Source of the DNA: Candidatus Ozemobacteraceae bacterium
GTDB lineage: Bacteria; Muiribacteriota; Ozemobacteria; Ozemobacterales; Ozemobacteraceae
Assembly: GCA_965140445.1 (NCBI GenBank)
Contig: OZ223236.1
Location: forward strand, 1,184,001-1,248,000
DNA length: 64,000 bases
Direction of reading: 5' to 3'
In this document: piece after piece, positions 49,306 to 59,474 of the stretch
Layout of the letters: the number at the start of each line of letters is the position of its first letter
How positions within the stretch are numbered: position 1 is the stretch's first letter
Program-made: the position numbers and the translations under genes
The notes under the pieces: model-generated
What the model was told of the DNA's origin: nothing
Databases searched by the model: none
The model's input: only the letters and a program-made list of their open reading frames with translations

Positions 49306-50089
49306 CAACAAATCATCCGCTTGTGACAAATGTCCAGTTGCAGCGGTTGCTAAACTGGAAAAGCTTGGTATGAGGCTTGGAAAAGATGATTTTGTCATCG
49401 CTCTGGCCGGGAATCCCAATACTGGTAAAAGCACAGTTTTTAATGCGTTAACCGGTTTGAAACAGCACACCGGTAACTGGCCTGGTAAAACCATCGCACG
49501 CGCAGAAGGAGCTTTTTCCCTGGGCGGCAAAAGATACAAAATAGTTGACCTCCCCGGAACCTATTCGTTGCTTTCAGCTACTGATGACGAAGAGGTTGCG
49601 AGGGATTTCATTTTGTTCGGAAAACCTGACGTTACCATTATTGTCATGGATGCAACCAGAATTGAGAGGAATTTGAATCTGGTATTGCAAGTGCTTCAGA
49701 TAACTAATCGCGCGATTGTTTGCGTGAATTTGATTGACGAAGCAAAAGCCCACGGAGTAACCGTAGACGAGCGTGGATTGGCTCGTGATCTGGGAGTGCC
49801 AGTCGTTTTAACGGCCGCTCGTAGTGAAATTGGTATAGACAGACTCTTGAAGGAGATTGATGATATGGCAAATGGCAGATCATCATGCAAGCCTCATCCT
49901 CTTAAATATGAGACTCCCGGGCTTAACGAAGCAATGAAAGAGTTGTCTGCAGCAATTGAAGCTGAGTATCCAAATGTTCCACATCGAGAGTGGATAGCCA
50001 TGCGGCTTCTTGAAGGTGATCCACGGATTATCGAAGCGGTAGCATCTGGCGAAATTGGCAATCTGGAGCCTGATCATGCAGCAACATAA
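49298..50089 (+). CDS. feoB: FeoB N-terminal GTPase domain (split FeoB)
   Basis: GNPNTGKST, GNWPGKT, DLPGTYSL, NLID. Confidence 0.9.
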   Translation: MSDNKSSACDKCPVAAVAKLEKLGMRLGKDDFVIALAGNPNTGKSTVFNALTGLKQHTGNWPGKTIARAEGAFSLGGKRYKIVDLPGTYSLLSATDDEEVARDFILFGKPDVTIIVMDATRIERNLNLVLQVLQITNRAIVCVNLIDEAKAHGVTVDERGLARDLGVPVVLTAARSEIGIDRLLKEIDDMANGRSSCKPHPLKYETPGLNEAMKELSAAIEAEYPNVPHREWIAMRLLEGDPRIIEAVASGEIGNLEPDHAAT

Positions 50090-50117
50090 CAATAGGAATT
50101 CAGGAAATAAAAAAACA

Positions 50118-51536
50118 ATGAGTGGCGAAAAGATTGTCAAATTAGCAGAAAAACTTAGATGGGGGCTTCCTCATGGAGTTCGTGATCGATGGGTGGAAGA
50201 AGTTTATGCAGAATCAGCGCGCTTAGCTTCTCGAAACGTTGACCAGGAAGGGGCCTCGCATCGACTTTCATGGGAGCGTCGTCTGGATTGGTTTCTAACC
50301 AATCGTTGGACAGGGTTCCTGACCATGATTTTGATACTGGCAATAGTGCTTTGGCTCACCATTGAAGGTGCCAATGTTCCTTCTGCATGGCTTTCATCGT
50401 TGCTTCTTGAAAAAGGTCAGCCTTTTCTCAAACATTTAGCCGAGCTAATTCACATGCCCAACTGGATGTCCGGAGTTTTGATAGATGGCATGTATCTTAC
50501 AACCGCATGGGTAGTTAGTGTAATGTTACCTCCGATGGCTATTTTCTTTCCTCTTTTTACTTTGCTGGAGGATTTTGGCTATCTTCCAAGAGTTGCTTTT
50601 AACCTGGACAATCTTTTTCGACGGGCAGGTGCTCATGGAAAACAGGCTCTGACTATGTGTATGGGGTGGGGGTGTAATGCGGCTGGAGTTGTTGCGACTC
50701 GTGTAATTGATTCTCCACGCGAACGCCTTATTGCTATTATCACAAATAACTTTGCTCTTTGTAATGGCCGCTGGCCCACGCAGATTCTCATTGCAACAGT
50801 CTTTCTTGGTAATCTCGCCTCACCAGGTGCGGCAAGTTTTATCGCTGCTTCATCCGTGCTTGGCGTTGCTCTTCTTGGTGTTTTTCTTACCTTTCTTTCC
50901 TCCTGGATGCTTTCCAGAACAGTGTTAAAAGGTGAAGCTTCTACGTTCAGCCTTGAACTCCCTCCATATCGGCCACCACAGATTTTGAGGACTCTTTATA
51001 CATCACTGATTGATCGCACGCTGATTGTGCTTTGGCGGGCAATAGTATTTGCTGCTCCAGCTGGAATCTTACTCTGGGTTATCTCAAATGTGGGAATTGG
51101 CGGGACTTCAATCGCTGAATGGGCGATTCATACCCTTGACCCAATAGGTTGGTATCTTGGATTAAACGGGATAATTCTGGTGGCTTATATTGTTGCAATT
51201 CCTGCAAATGAAATTGTTATTCCAACTATTCTGATGCTAACAGTTATGGTTACAGGTGTATCAGGAGTTGGAGAACAGGGTGCGGGAGTGATGTTCGAAG
51301 TCAGTAATAACTCTACATTAGCAATGTTGCTTAAGAGTGGTGGCTGGACAACGTTAACTGCAGTTTCTCTCATGCTTTTTAGCTTGTGTCATAACCCGTG
51401 CTCGACAACAATCTATACAATATGGAATGAGACAAAAAGCTTAAAATGGACTTTATGGGCTACTTTTCTTCCTATTGGCTTTGGCGTGGTAATCTGTGGA
51501 TCTGTTGCATTGATCTGGAGAATGCTTGCTGGCTAG
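50118..51536 (+). CDS. feoB: FeoB membrane (gate) domain (split FeoB)
   Basis: LEDFGYLPRVAF, GWGCNA, ELPPYRPP, HNPCSTT; multiple TM helices. Confidence 0.9.
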   Translation: MSGEKIVKLAEKLRWGLPHGVRDRWVEEVYAESARLASRNVDQEGASHRLSWERRLDWFLTNRWTGFLTMILILAIVLWLTIEGANVPSAWLSSLLLEKGQPFLKHLAELIHMPNWMSGVLIDGMYLTTAWVVSVMLPPMAIFFPLFTLLEDFGYLPRVAFNLDNLFRRAGAHGKQALTMCMGWGCNAAGVVATRVIDSPRERLIAIITNNFALCNGRWPTQILIATVFLGNLASPGAASFIAASSVLGVALLGVFLTFLSSWMLSRTVLKGEASTFSLELPPYRPPQILRTLYTSLIDRTLIVLWRAIVFAAPAGILLWVISNVGIGGTSIAEWAIHTLDPIGWYLGLNGIILVAYIVAIPANEIVIPTILMLTVMVTGVSGVGEQGAGVMFEVSNNSTLAMLLKSGGWTTLTAVSLMLFSLCHNPCSTTIYTIWNETKSLKWTLWATFLPIGFGVVICGSVALIWRMLAG

Positions 51537-51613
51537 AAGCGACTTTTGTAAAACTTCCAGTCTATGTCGCAGACAAATGAAATTGTAATGTTTTATAGCG
51601 TTTAGCGCTTTTT

Positions 51614-51795
51614 AAAACGAGCTGCCCCGGTGGGACAGCTCGTTTTTAGAATTTCTGGAGTTAAAAAATAAGGGATCAGAGTGAAGTTAATAGTGCCTGA
51701 TACTTGGCCATTGGCCATACGTCGTGGGCTGTCATTTCTTCTGCTCTGTCCACGAGTGTCTGAGTTCGGCCAGGGCTTCTTCGCCTTTTTTGCCA
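51614..51795. repeat. Direct repeat copy B1: glnA 3' end and its terminator
   Basis: 182 bp nearly identical to 59506..59687; 1-nt deletion in the coding part (ccacgagtg vs ccacagagtg). Confidence 0.93.
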
Positions 51796-52148
51796 GAAAC
51801 AAGTTTTTCTAATGCCAGAGTATTAAAATTGTTTGGCTTTGGCATAAATCCATCGAGATTGCCCGCCTGCATTTCGCTTGCCTGCAACTATATCTTGTCG
51901 TTGTCTGCGGTAGTTAATTCTGTTTGAACAACACTGACTTCAGAAACACTGATGCTGTCATTGGGCTGTCCGTCTTTGACCAACACGTCGCTTATGACAC
52001 GACTGGCTTTAATTGAAGATTTGTAAACCCTGTTACCTATTTTGACAATTTCTTTAAAATCTCTTTCCAATTGCTGCGTATCATAAGAATAGGCAGAAAT
52101 AGAACAAGTAAGGAATAGAATCAACAAAAGTTTAATTTTATTTTTCAA
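51676..52148 (-). pseudogene. Chimeric pseudogene: 5' of the 46700..48094 gene fused to the 3' of glnA
   Basis: First 86 codons copy 46700..48094, then a GAG->TAG nonsense change at ~51888; junction at tttttgcca; frameshifted glnA tail. Confidence 0.85.
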
Positions 52149-52282
52149 GTTAATCCTCCGGGTAAAAAGCTTTAAATTTCAGTCGGATTATCATTTTTTG
52201 GGGGCAGATTCAAACACTTGAAAATCTTTGTTATTGCAATCTTTGGTCTGTTAAATGGAGCTAAGAATCTTTCACAACATGG

Positions 52283-53335
52283 CTATTTTTTGAAAATATC
52301 AACCAGTCGACTAAAATATTCTTTTAACTTGTGAAGCAAAGGTCGGGATTCATAAGCTGTGGCGCGGTCATCCTGATATGCCCAGGCTCCCTTCTCATCA
52401 TGCTGCCTGGTAACAGACCAGGGATCATGCTCGCGATACCATTCTTCCTCTTCTTGTGCGTTAGCAAAACGCACAATCTTTACATTTTCTGAAAACTTTT
52501 TACGGTCATTTGCCTCTTTATCAATACGTTTTTGCTCTATCATTTTTTCGTATTCTTCATATGGCATAATTCTAGAATTGCATCCAGCACTTTTTTTTTC
52601 GCTGCAAGAATGACAAATATTGGCATATTCCCCTTGTGCATTTTTAACGAAAGAGCCTTTTTCCTTGATTAGAGAACAACAGCTCTGACAGCAATTCTTT
52701 TTACAAACATGGCAGGTTTTTATTCTAGCTTCACCATCGAAAGCAAGAAACTCGCCTTTGAATCCTCTATAATCAGTGAAAGACCTTTCCTGATATGGAA
52801 AGACTTTGTTTTTGCAAACCGAGCATTCAGGTGAATTTGCCAGAAAATGGTTGAAGCAGACGCTACAAAAATGAGCAACCGCATTTCCTTGAATCAAAAC
52901 TAATGAATCATGTATGCAAAGAAGATTGCAGCATCCAAAACAAGTTGTCAGATCATCGTGGGAATGCAAGGTTCCGCCAGATAAACAGTTTCGACAGATC
53001 ATACTTCTAATTTTTGGTGGATTGTCAAAATCAAAACGCTCTGGTAGAACACTGCCTCGTCTGGTGAGGCAATCGGGACAAATTTTCAATCTTCGCCGAA
53101 AAGCCGTTACCGACAAGCCATTTCTGATGTCTTCTGATTCATCTTCGCTCCGAGCAAGAACACAATTATCAAATTCAGTATTTGCATGGGCCAACTCGGC
53201 ACATTCCCCGCAAACCCCTTTGCGACAAAAGACACAATTGCAGCTGTCGATTTCCAGCACGCATTTGTCTTCTCCGATGGCTATTATTGATGGCGAAGCC
53301 AGTTCAAAATAACCTTTGCAAAAAGAGCAGTTCAT
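52283..53335 (-). CDS. Cysteine-rich multi-zinc-finger-like protein
   Basis: About eleven CxxC pairs, no CxxCH, no signal peptide; charged C-terminus. Confidence 0.7.
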   Translation of the reverse strand: MNCSFCKGYFELASPSIIAIGEDKCVLEIDSCNCVFCRKGVCGECAELAHANTEFDNCVLARSEDESEDIRNGLSVTAFRRRLKICPDCLTRRGSVLPERFDFDNPPKIRSMICRNCLSGGTLHSHDDLTTCFGCCNLLCIHDSLVLIQGNAVAHFCSVCFNHFLANSPECSVCKNKVFPYQERSFTDYRGFKGEFLAFDGEARIKTCHVCKKNCCQSCCSLIKEKGSFVKNAQGEYANICHSCSEKKSAGCNSRIMPYEEYEKMIEQKRIDKEANDRKKFSENVKIVRFANAQEEEEWYREHDPWSVTRQHDEKGAWAYQDDRATAYESRPLLHKLKEYFSRLVDIFKK

Positions 53336-53680
53336 AAAAATTCCCCTTGAAAATTTTTATCAAGCGAACAGAAAAATTCAATCAAAAATCGCCTGCTGAC
53401 AAGTCGTAAGCTATTTTTTTAAGATGTTTTTCTCAGTATATACATATCTTACAATCTCTAGTCGTATCTAAACAAGAAAAATCAGCAACAATTTGATTCA
53501 ATGCCAAAGCTTTGTTTGGAATTTTATAGACATAGCTCTGTGAAGCCAATGGTTTTTACCGACCACGAAATTTCTTCGCTTTCAAGCGTGTTGAGAACTT
53601 AAGAGAAATTTAACTGCCGAAGCTGGATTTTTTTGTATAATTTATTAATGCTCAATCTATCCTGAGAAAAGGGAAAGCCA

Positions 53681-54616
53681 GTGAACACCGTTATTATAGC
53701 GTTTTCTGTTTATTTTATGGGAATAGTCTTTTATAACCTATTCTTGATGTTCTTTGGGGTGTTCAAGGCTATCAAAGGTGATGAGCCAAGTATAGCAAGC
53801 TATTTTTCTAAAAACTATTTACATCCGTTTGAACCAGTTATTTATATCTTTGTAAGAATTTTCATCTATCTTAAGGGTTCAAAATTAATTCCCCAAAAAA
53901 TCCGTTATACAAAACCGGACTGGTCCAAGGAAGAGCAGGAATTTCATGACGAACTTCTTAATTGTTTTAAGCTGTTTAAGAGCTCTGAAGAAAGGGAGTT
54001 TCAGCTTGCCCATGAAAAGATAATAGCCCTGAAGAATTTTAATCTGAATCGCTTGATTAACTCGCTAAGCAATTTTTTAAAGAAAAATTTCAGGCACCTA
54101 AAGTCTTCAGGTGCATTTAAGTATGTGATGAAAAGCCTTGCAGGATTGGGTTCGCCTGGATGTCAGGTTGTAGTAAAATGCATTGCAGATCCAGAAGCTA
54201 AAAATGCTCTTCTGGAAATAGGGGAGAATGGATTCGGCGCTATAGTCAATGGGTTGGGGAAAAAAAGATGGGTAGGAAGAAGAAGAAATCGTGCTATAGA
54301 CGATTCTATTTTAGTACAAGAGTTTATCATTGAAATTGGACAACCAATTTTGCCCTGCCTGGAAGAAGGCTTATGCCATGCTGATTATCAGATTTCTGGA
54401 AATTCAAAATTTTGTATAAATGAAATAATGAATAATGCAAAAAAAAATATGCATCAGGACAAGCTTAACTGGCAGGAAAGGTATTCGCAATTTACCGATT
54501 TAGAGTTGAGTCGCGTAGACCAGGGTTGTCGTCCGATAGGTCGAAGAATAGCTTTATTGGAAGAACTTAAAAAGAGAGATTTAAGTAAACGGCCCGATTA
54601 TGTCTTAGACCTTTAG
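53681..54616 (+). CDS. Hypothetical membrane-anchored protein, possible HEAT-like repeats
   Basis: N-terminal TM; AKNALLEIG and FIIEIGQPILPCLEEGL. Confidence 0.6.
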   Translation: MNTVIIAFSVYFMGIVFYNLFLMFFGVFKAIKGDEPSIASYFSKNYLHPFEPVIYIFVRIFIYLKGSKLIPQKIRYTKPDWSKEEQEFHDELLNCFKLFKSSEEREFQLAHEKIIALKNFNLNRLINSLSNFLKKNFRHLKSSGAFKYVMKSLAGLGSPGCQVVVKCIADPEAKNALLEIGENGFGAIVNGLGKKRWVGRRRNRAIDDSILVQEFIIEIGQPILPCLEEGLCHADYQISGNSKFCINEIMNNAKKNMHQDKLNWQERYSQFTDLELSRVDQGCRPIGRRIALLEELKKRDLSKRPDYVLDL

Positions 54617-54670
54617 GAATTTGATTCAACTCAAATCTATGCAGGCTAATATATTTTTTTAGAAAACGAG

Positions 54671-55135
54671 CTATTTCCCTTTTTTTAATAATTCTTCTTT
54701 CACTTGATTTATTGAGTATCTAAGTCCCATTCCCAATGTTCTTTCTGTTTTTGCTTCAATTGGCCACATGCCTTGGATTCCATTATTCAGCTGCCAGGAA
54801 TCACCTTTTTTTACCAGAAACAATAAGACTGCTTCGCCTTTTTTGGGAAAAGCAGGACTATCAAGCATTGGTTTTTCTTCGCTGCCAACAGCTGTTAACT
54901 TAATTTTCTGAGCGAATTTAAGTTCTCCTTTTAGAGTTTGCTCAACTTTGAACGATGCGGTTGTAAATGGCACATCATTGTTCTCTTTCATGAAAACATT
55001 TTTTTCAACAACTCTTGCGATAACTATAGATTCTGCTGAATCAACTAGCTGGGGTAATGGAAGAGTTCTAATCATTGCTAGAACGGGCATGCCAAGAAAT
55101 ATTATCATTAAAATTAAAATGCTGGTTTTGGTCAT
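54671..55135 (-). CDS. Secreted hypothetical protein
   Basis: Signal peptide; LVDSAESIVIARV...FKVEQTLKG...LLFL; AGGAG RBS. Confidence 0.7.
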   Translation of the reverse strand: MTKTSILILMIIFLGMPVLAMIRTLPLPQLVDSAESIVIARVVEKNVFMKENNDVPFTTASFKVEQTLKGELKFAQKIKLTAVGSEEKPMLDSPAFPKKGEAVLLFLVKKGDSWQLNNGIQGMWPIEAKTERTLGMGLRYSINQVKEELLKKGK

Positions 55136-55151
55136 TATCCTGGCTCCTTAA

Positions 55152-56096
55152 TTACTTCCAAATGTATTTGGCTATAAAGTTGTATTTTTCGGGATCATAG
55201 CTTTTGAGTCTTTGCGGGTTTGTGTAGAAGGCGGCTACACTTTCAGCCATATCTTCCATGAAATTTGTATTTCCATAGTCAGTAATCGATGATCTTAGTG
55301 GTTGTCCATTTTTCCAGAAAGAATTCAGCCAAAGTCTTGAGACTTCTTTATTTTTTCCCTGAAAAAGATGAGTCATTTCATGGACTACTACTTCGGCAAG
55401 ACAATCATATGAATCAATCTGACCTTTATTTAGAAGAATTGGGTCCGCTCCGAGTCCACTTGGTTGCCCTCCAGAAGAGTCTAGAATTTTATCATACATT
55501 GCGAAACCTTTGGTGAAACTTCTAAAACCTGATGGTAAATCAGACAAAACCTTTTCCAGTTTATCCATTTGTCTGTTGTCCCAGCTCCCGGAAGTAAATC
55601 GGAAATAACCATCAGATCCGCTCACTCCATTCAGCAATGTTATTCCGTATTTTGATTTAATATCTGAAGCAATCTGGCTGTTATTTTCATTTCCTGCTTC
55701 GCTATATGGAACAGATAAGGTGCCAGAATTCAATAGCATGTTATCAAAATTGCTGATTGGCGACGTATTATTAGTAGGAGCTTTGCTGCTGCCTGTGTCT
55801 ATATCCTCATTGGTGGTTGAAACCACTCTTACCGAAGGGCAGGAGTTGTCGGCTGAATCAGTAGGTCTGCTGTTGTTGCCATTATTGGGGACTGTATTGC
55901 TATTAAAACTTGAACTGCTAACGCCATTTACAGCATCTGAAACGCTTTTAATGATTTCTTGAATTGCGGGCACCGACTCTTGAATTGCGGTTGCAATAGC
56001 TTGAATAGTATTAAGTATCTTACCTGCATCACAGCCTGTTGTAAAAATAGAGCACGTAATTAAAATTACAACCAGGAACTTTCGCAGCTTGATCAT
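55152..56096 (-). CDS. Lipoprotein with zinc metallopeptidase domain (HEXXH, anthrax LF/Pro-Pro peptidase-like)
   Basis: Lipobox FTTG-C; VVVHEMTH; TDYGNTNFMEDMAESV. Confidence 0.75.
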   Translation of the reverse strand: MIKLRKFLVVILITCSIFTTGCDAGKILNTIQAIATAIQESVPAIQEIIKSVSDAVNGVSSSSFNSNTVPNNGNNSRPTDSADNSCPSVRVVSTTNEDIDTGSSKAPTNNTSPISNFDNMLLNSGTLSVPYSEAGNENNSQIASDIKSKYGITLLNGVSGSDGYFRFTSGSWDNRQMDKLEKVLSDLPSGFRSFTKGFAMYDKILDSSGGQPSGLGADPILLNKGQIDSYDCLAEVVVHEMTHLFQGKNKEVSRLWLNSFWKNGQPLRSSITDYGNTNFMEDMAESVAAFYTNPQRLKSYDPEKYNFIAKYIWK

Positions 56097-56290
56097 GTGA
56101 TTGTTTCCCCCAGACCTAAATTGCATATATTTATTATTACGAGGCAATAATTGAAAGATAACAGTTTTATTTGTGAAAGAATTGGCCACGAGGATGGAAA
56201 TAGCAGTATCATAGTTTTACCAAGTTGATCGGGAAGATTCAGTGAGAAGTTTGAATCCGTTAGCGATTTCCCATTAGTGCCAATTGGTGA

Positions 56291-57484
56291 ATGGAGCTAC
56301 CTGTGATTTTATGCAATTTTCGTAGCATCAGACCAAAATTTATTGTCGAACAAGACGATACAATGTCCTGGTTATCACTCGCTCATGCCCGAGCCGAAGC
56401 GATGAAAGGTGAGGGGGCAAAAGAACAAAGTGAAAAAAGTTTTGCTGAGCGCATCGCCAAACTTTTTACGCGATATGGTTGTTCTTCTGATCGCATTGCC
56501 AGGCGTGGCCTTGAAATCAGTGACTTTTCGCACACGCGCTGGAATGAAATGGAGATTTTTAGTTACAAGGATGGTCCATTTGGCCCAACAACCACGCAAA
56601 GATCAGCTGAATTCCACAAAATTGGAACTCGTGTTTGTGCTGAACTTTTTACTAAGGAACAGACTCCACCAGATCATATAATTCATGTTACCTGCAGCGG
56701 CTATATATCGCCCAGTTGCGCTCAGGAACGAGTTGCACAAAATGGGTGGCATGATAAAGTCGTGGTAACTCATGCATACCACATGGGCTGTTATGCTGCA
56801 GTTCCGGCTATTCGCATTGCCGATGGTTTTCTTGCTGCCGCATTGAACTTTAGAGATGGTTCGGACAACTCATCACGGGTTGATATTTTACATACTGAGG
56901 TTTGTTCACTGCATGTTCAGGCCCATGACCATTCGCCTGAACAGCTGATTGTTCAAAGTCTTTTTGCAGATGGCTTCATTGTTTATTCAGCAATTCAATC
57001 AAATCATCAGAGCGAATTAAAAGGCTCTGGGTTGCTATTAAAAGGGCTTCATGAAGAAATTGTGCCTGATTCCGAAGATGCTGTTACCTGGGAATGTTCT
57101 GAATGGGGGATGCGTATGGGCCTTTCATCAGAGGTGCCAGAAATGATTGCCAGCTCATTGGAGCCTTTTCTGGAGCGCCTTTGTCAGCGCGGCGGCACGT
57201 CTTTTACTGAAATTAAAGAGAAAAGTGTTTTTGCCATTCACCCCGGCGGCCCAAAAATCATTGATCGAGTGCAAGCCTTGCTGAATCTTCAAGAAGAGCA
57301 GGTTAGTGCCAGTCGATATATTTTACTCAATTACGGCAACATGTCGTCAGCGACTCTGCCACACGTCTGGGAAAAGGTCGTTGCTGATGAGAGCGTAGCC
57401 TCGGGAACTTATGTAATTAGCCTGGCTTTTGGTCCTGGCCTATGCATTTCCGGCGCGTTACTACAGAAGGTTGTTAGCTTATGA
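56291..57484 (+). CDS. Type III polyketide synthase (chalcone/stilbene synthase family)
   Basis: Catalytic Cys (HMGCYAA), His (IHPGGP) and Asn (YGNMSSAT); LFADG; AFGPG. Confidence 0.93.
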   Translation: MELPVILCNFRSIRPKFIVEQDDTMSWLSLAHARAEAMKGEGAKEQSEKSFAERIAKLFTRYGCSSDRIARRGLEISDFSHTRWNEMEIFSYKDGPFGPTTTQRSAEFHKIGTRVCAELFTKEQTPPDHIIHVTCSGYISPSCAQERVAQNGWHDKVVVTHAYHMGCYAAVPAIRIADGFLAAALNFRDGSDNSSRVDILHTEVCSLHVQAHDHSPEQLIVQSLFADGFIVYSAIQSNHQSELKGSGLLLKGLHEEIVPDSEDAVTWECSEWGMRMGLSSEVPEMIASSLEPFLERLCQRGGTSFTEIKEKSVFAIHPGGPKIIDRVQALLNLQEEQVSASRYILLNYGNMSSATLPHVWEKVVADESVASGTYVISLAFGPGLCISGALLQKVVSL

Positions 57485-58644
57485 AACTTTCTGTTGCCAC
57501 TAATTTCGATAATGATTTTATCAGAGGAATTTCACAATACCCTGTTGAAGAGATTTACGGGAAGTTGCCCAAAGATATTGTTGGCGGCGGTCGAGCGAGT
57601 TATACAACTGGCACCGCCGACATGGAACAGCTCTCTTCACATGTGCAAACAGCTCATGAGCATGGAATCAGCTTCAATTATCTTTTGAACGCTGTCTGCA
57701 TGGGAAACCGTGAGTGGAGCAGGGCGGGGATGAAGGCGATTCGTGAACTTCTTGATCAGCTGAGTCATATCGGGGTTGATGCTATTACTGTTTCAACTCC
57801 GTATTTGGCTGAAATCGTAAAGAAGCATTATCCGAATTTAAAAATAAAAATTGGCATTTTTGCGAACATTGATACCCCTAATCGAGCCAGATTCTGGGAA
57901 GACCTGGGCGCGGATACTCTGGTTCTCGAATCTTTTTCAATCAATCGCAATTTTTCTTTGCTCAAAGACATTCGAAAGTCAGTTTCATGCGGGTTGCAGC
58001 TGATTGCTAATTTTTCTTGTCTACCCAATTGCCCGATGCAGATTTATCACATGACCGGAATTTCACACGGCTCCAACTCGGTTGACAAAGCTCCTTTTAT
58101 TGATTATTGCGTGCTGAAATGCACTTCTTTTTCTTTGAATGATCCAAGTCTGTTGATTAAATCAAATTGGATAAGACCTGAAGATACTGACTTTTATGAA
58201 AGCATTGGCTTCGATCAGTTTAAACTGCTTGAAAGAAATGCCCCCACGGAGCTAATGTTAAGGCGAGTTAAGGCCTATTCTGAAAAACAATCTCCCGAGA
58301 ACCTGCTCGAATTGATTCAACCATTTGGGTTTCACAAAAGCGTAAAAATGGAATACAAATGGGTTTTTCGTCTCCTATTTGAGCGCCCACGTTTAATTTT
58401 GCCACTTTATAAGCTTTTGAAGAGGCGTGGAATGCTGTTGCCGCTAAAGGGTGAACCTGTTATTCTCCGCTCGGATAAGATTCCATCATCATTCCTTGAC
58501 GAAGTTTCGCGCCGACCATGCTCAACTTCTTGCAAAACCTGCAATTATTGCGAGTCTATTGCAAAATCAGCCTATGAAATTGATCCTGACTATTACAAAG
58601 AATGCACAAGGCTTTATAAGAAGGTATTCAAGCTTCTGGGCTGA
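57481..58644 (+). CDS. Peptidase U32 family protein (probable Fe-S hydroxylase, UbiU/UbiV/TrhP/RlhA superfamily)
   Basis: IVGGGR, FNYLLNAVC, GVDAITVSTPYL, SCLPNCP..YCVLKC, WIRPED..Y...G..FK, C-terminal CSTSCKTCNYC; 4-nt overlap with PKS. Confidence 0.85.
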   Translation: MKLSVATNFDNDFIRGISQYPVEEIYGKLPKDIVGGGRASYTTGTADMEQLSSHVQTAHEHGISFNYLLNAVCMGNREWSRAGMKAIRELLDQLSHIGVDAITVSTPYLAEIVKKHYPNLKIKIGIFANIDTPNRARFWEDLGADTLVLESFSINRNFSLLKDIRKSVSCGLQLIANFSCLPNCPMQIYHMTGISHGSNSVDKAPFIDYCVLKCTSFSLNDPSLLIKSNWIRPEDTDFYESIGFDQFKLLERNAPTELMLRRVKAYSEKQSPENLLELIQPFGFHKSVKMEYKWVFRLLFERPRLILPLYKLLKRRGMLLPLKGEPVILRSDKIPSSFLDEVSRRPCSTSCKTCNYCESIAKSAYEIDPDYYKECTRLYKKVFKLLG

Positions 58645-58745
58645 CCTAAATAATTGATTGTCGAAGTTGGAAAATTTGATTGTTCAAATTCTTGGAATTG
58701 TCTCCCGGGATGCAACATTATGAATAAAATAAGGATTAAGCCTCT

Positions 58746-59474
58746 ATGAGTTTATTGCGAGTTTGGAATGAACTAAAAAATATGTCCCAGAGAAGTACTC
58801 AAAAAGAGTTTATGGATAATCCTGAATTTCAAGGTGAAGATCTGACCGAAAGCTTTCGCTTCATAAAATTGATAAATCAATTGGGCGGCGGCAGAATGGC
58901 AGTCCTTAACTGTATGAAAAAAGCATTGAAAAATGTGCCGTCAGAAAGGCCAATCAGTGTTCTTGATGTCGGCTGCGGGATTGGTGACATGGCGGGCGCT
59001 ATTATTAACTGGGGCCGCTCAAATAACAGAGAAATTCATTATTACGGTTTAGAAAAAAGTCCTTACATTATTGCAGAGGCGAGAAGACTCCATGATTGCG
59101 AGAACGTTAGCTTCATTCAGGGGGATTTGTTCGATGCTGGTATCCCTGAAGTTGATCTGACAATTATTTCAATGGTGCTTCATCATTTTGATGATGCAGA
59201 TGTTATTGCTGCGATTAAACATTTAACTGCGAAATCACGCATTGCCCTGCTTATAAATGATCTTGAGCGCTCAAAAACTTCTTATCTTATCTGCAAGCTG
59301 CTGGCGCTAGGGATGCGGAATCCTAAGGCTCGTTACGATGCACTTCTTTCTATAAGAAAAGGCTTCTCAACTGAAGAAATGAGTAGCCTGATTTGCAGAG
59401 CTGGCTGTTCTGCCAGTCTTCGCCGAGCTCTTGGTTGGCGTATTCTTGGGGTTGTTAAGAGCAGGCAAAGTTAG
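58746..59474 (+). CDS. SAM-dependent methyltransferase of the type often encoded beside type III PKS
   Basis: EFMD, IN..GG, VLDVGCGIGD, LHHF, INDLERS, YDALLSIRKGFS; start may be 58782. Confidence 0.88.
   Translation: MSLLRVWNELKNMSQRSTQKEFMDNPEFQGEDLTESFRFIKLINQLGGGRMAVLNCMKKALKNVPSERPISVLDVGCGIGDMAGAIINWGRSNNREIHYYGLEKSPYIIAEARRLHDCENVSFIQGDLFDAGIPEVDLTIISMVLHHFDDADVIAAIKHLTAKSRIALLINDLERSKTSYLICKLLALGMRNPKARYDALLSIRKGFSTEEMSSLICRAGCSASLRRALGWRILGVVKSRQS

Noticed and set aside
51602..51927. ORFs 51602..51802 and 51724..51927
   Set aside because: Incidental frames across the duplicated glnA tail, terminator and junction.
51888..52148. 86-aa ORF as an independent secreted protein
   Set aside because: It is the truncated duplicate of 46700..48094, ended by a single GAG->TAG change; treated as a pseudogene.
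52283..53335. Multiheme cytochrome c
   Set aside because: CxxC pairs are not followed by His and there is no signal peptide.
57481..58644. U32 protein as a collagenase/protease
   Set aside because: Characterised U32 members act mainly in hydroxylation. This one has no export signal, is Cys-rich and is coupled to a biosynthetic gene.
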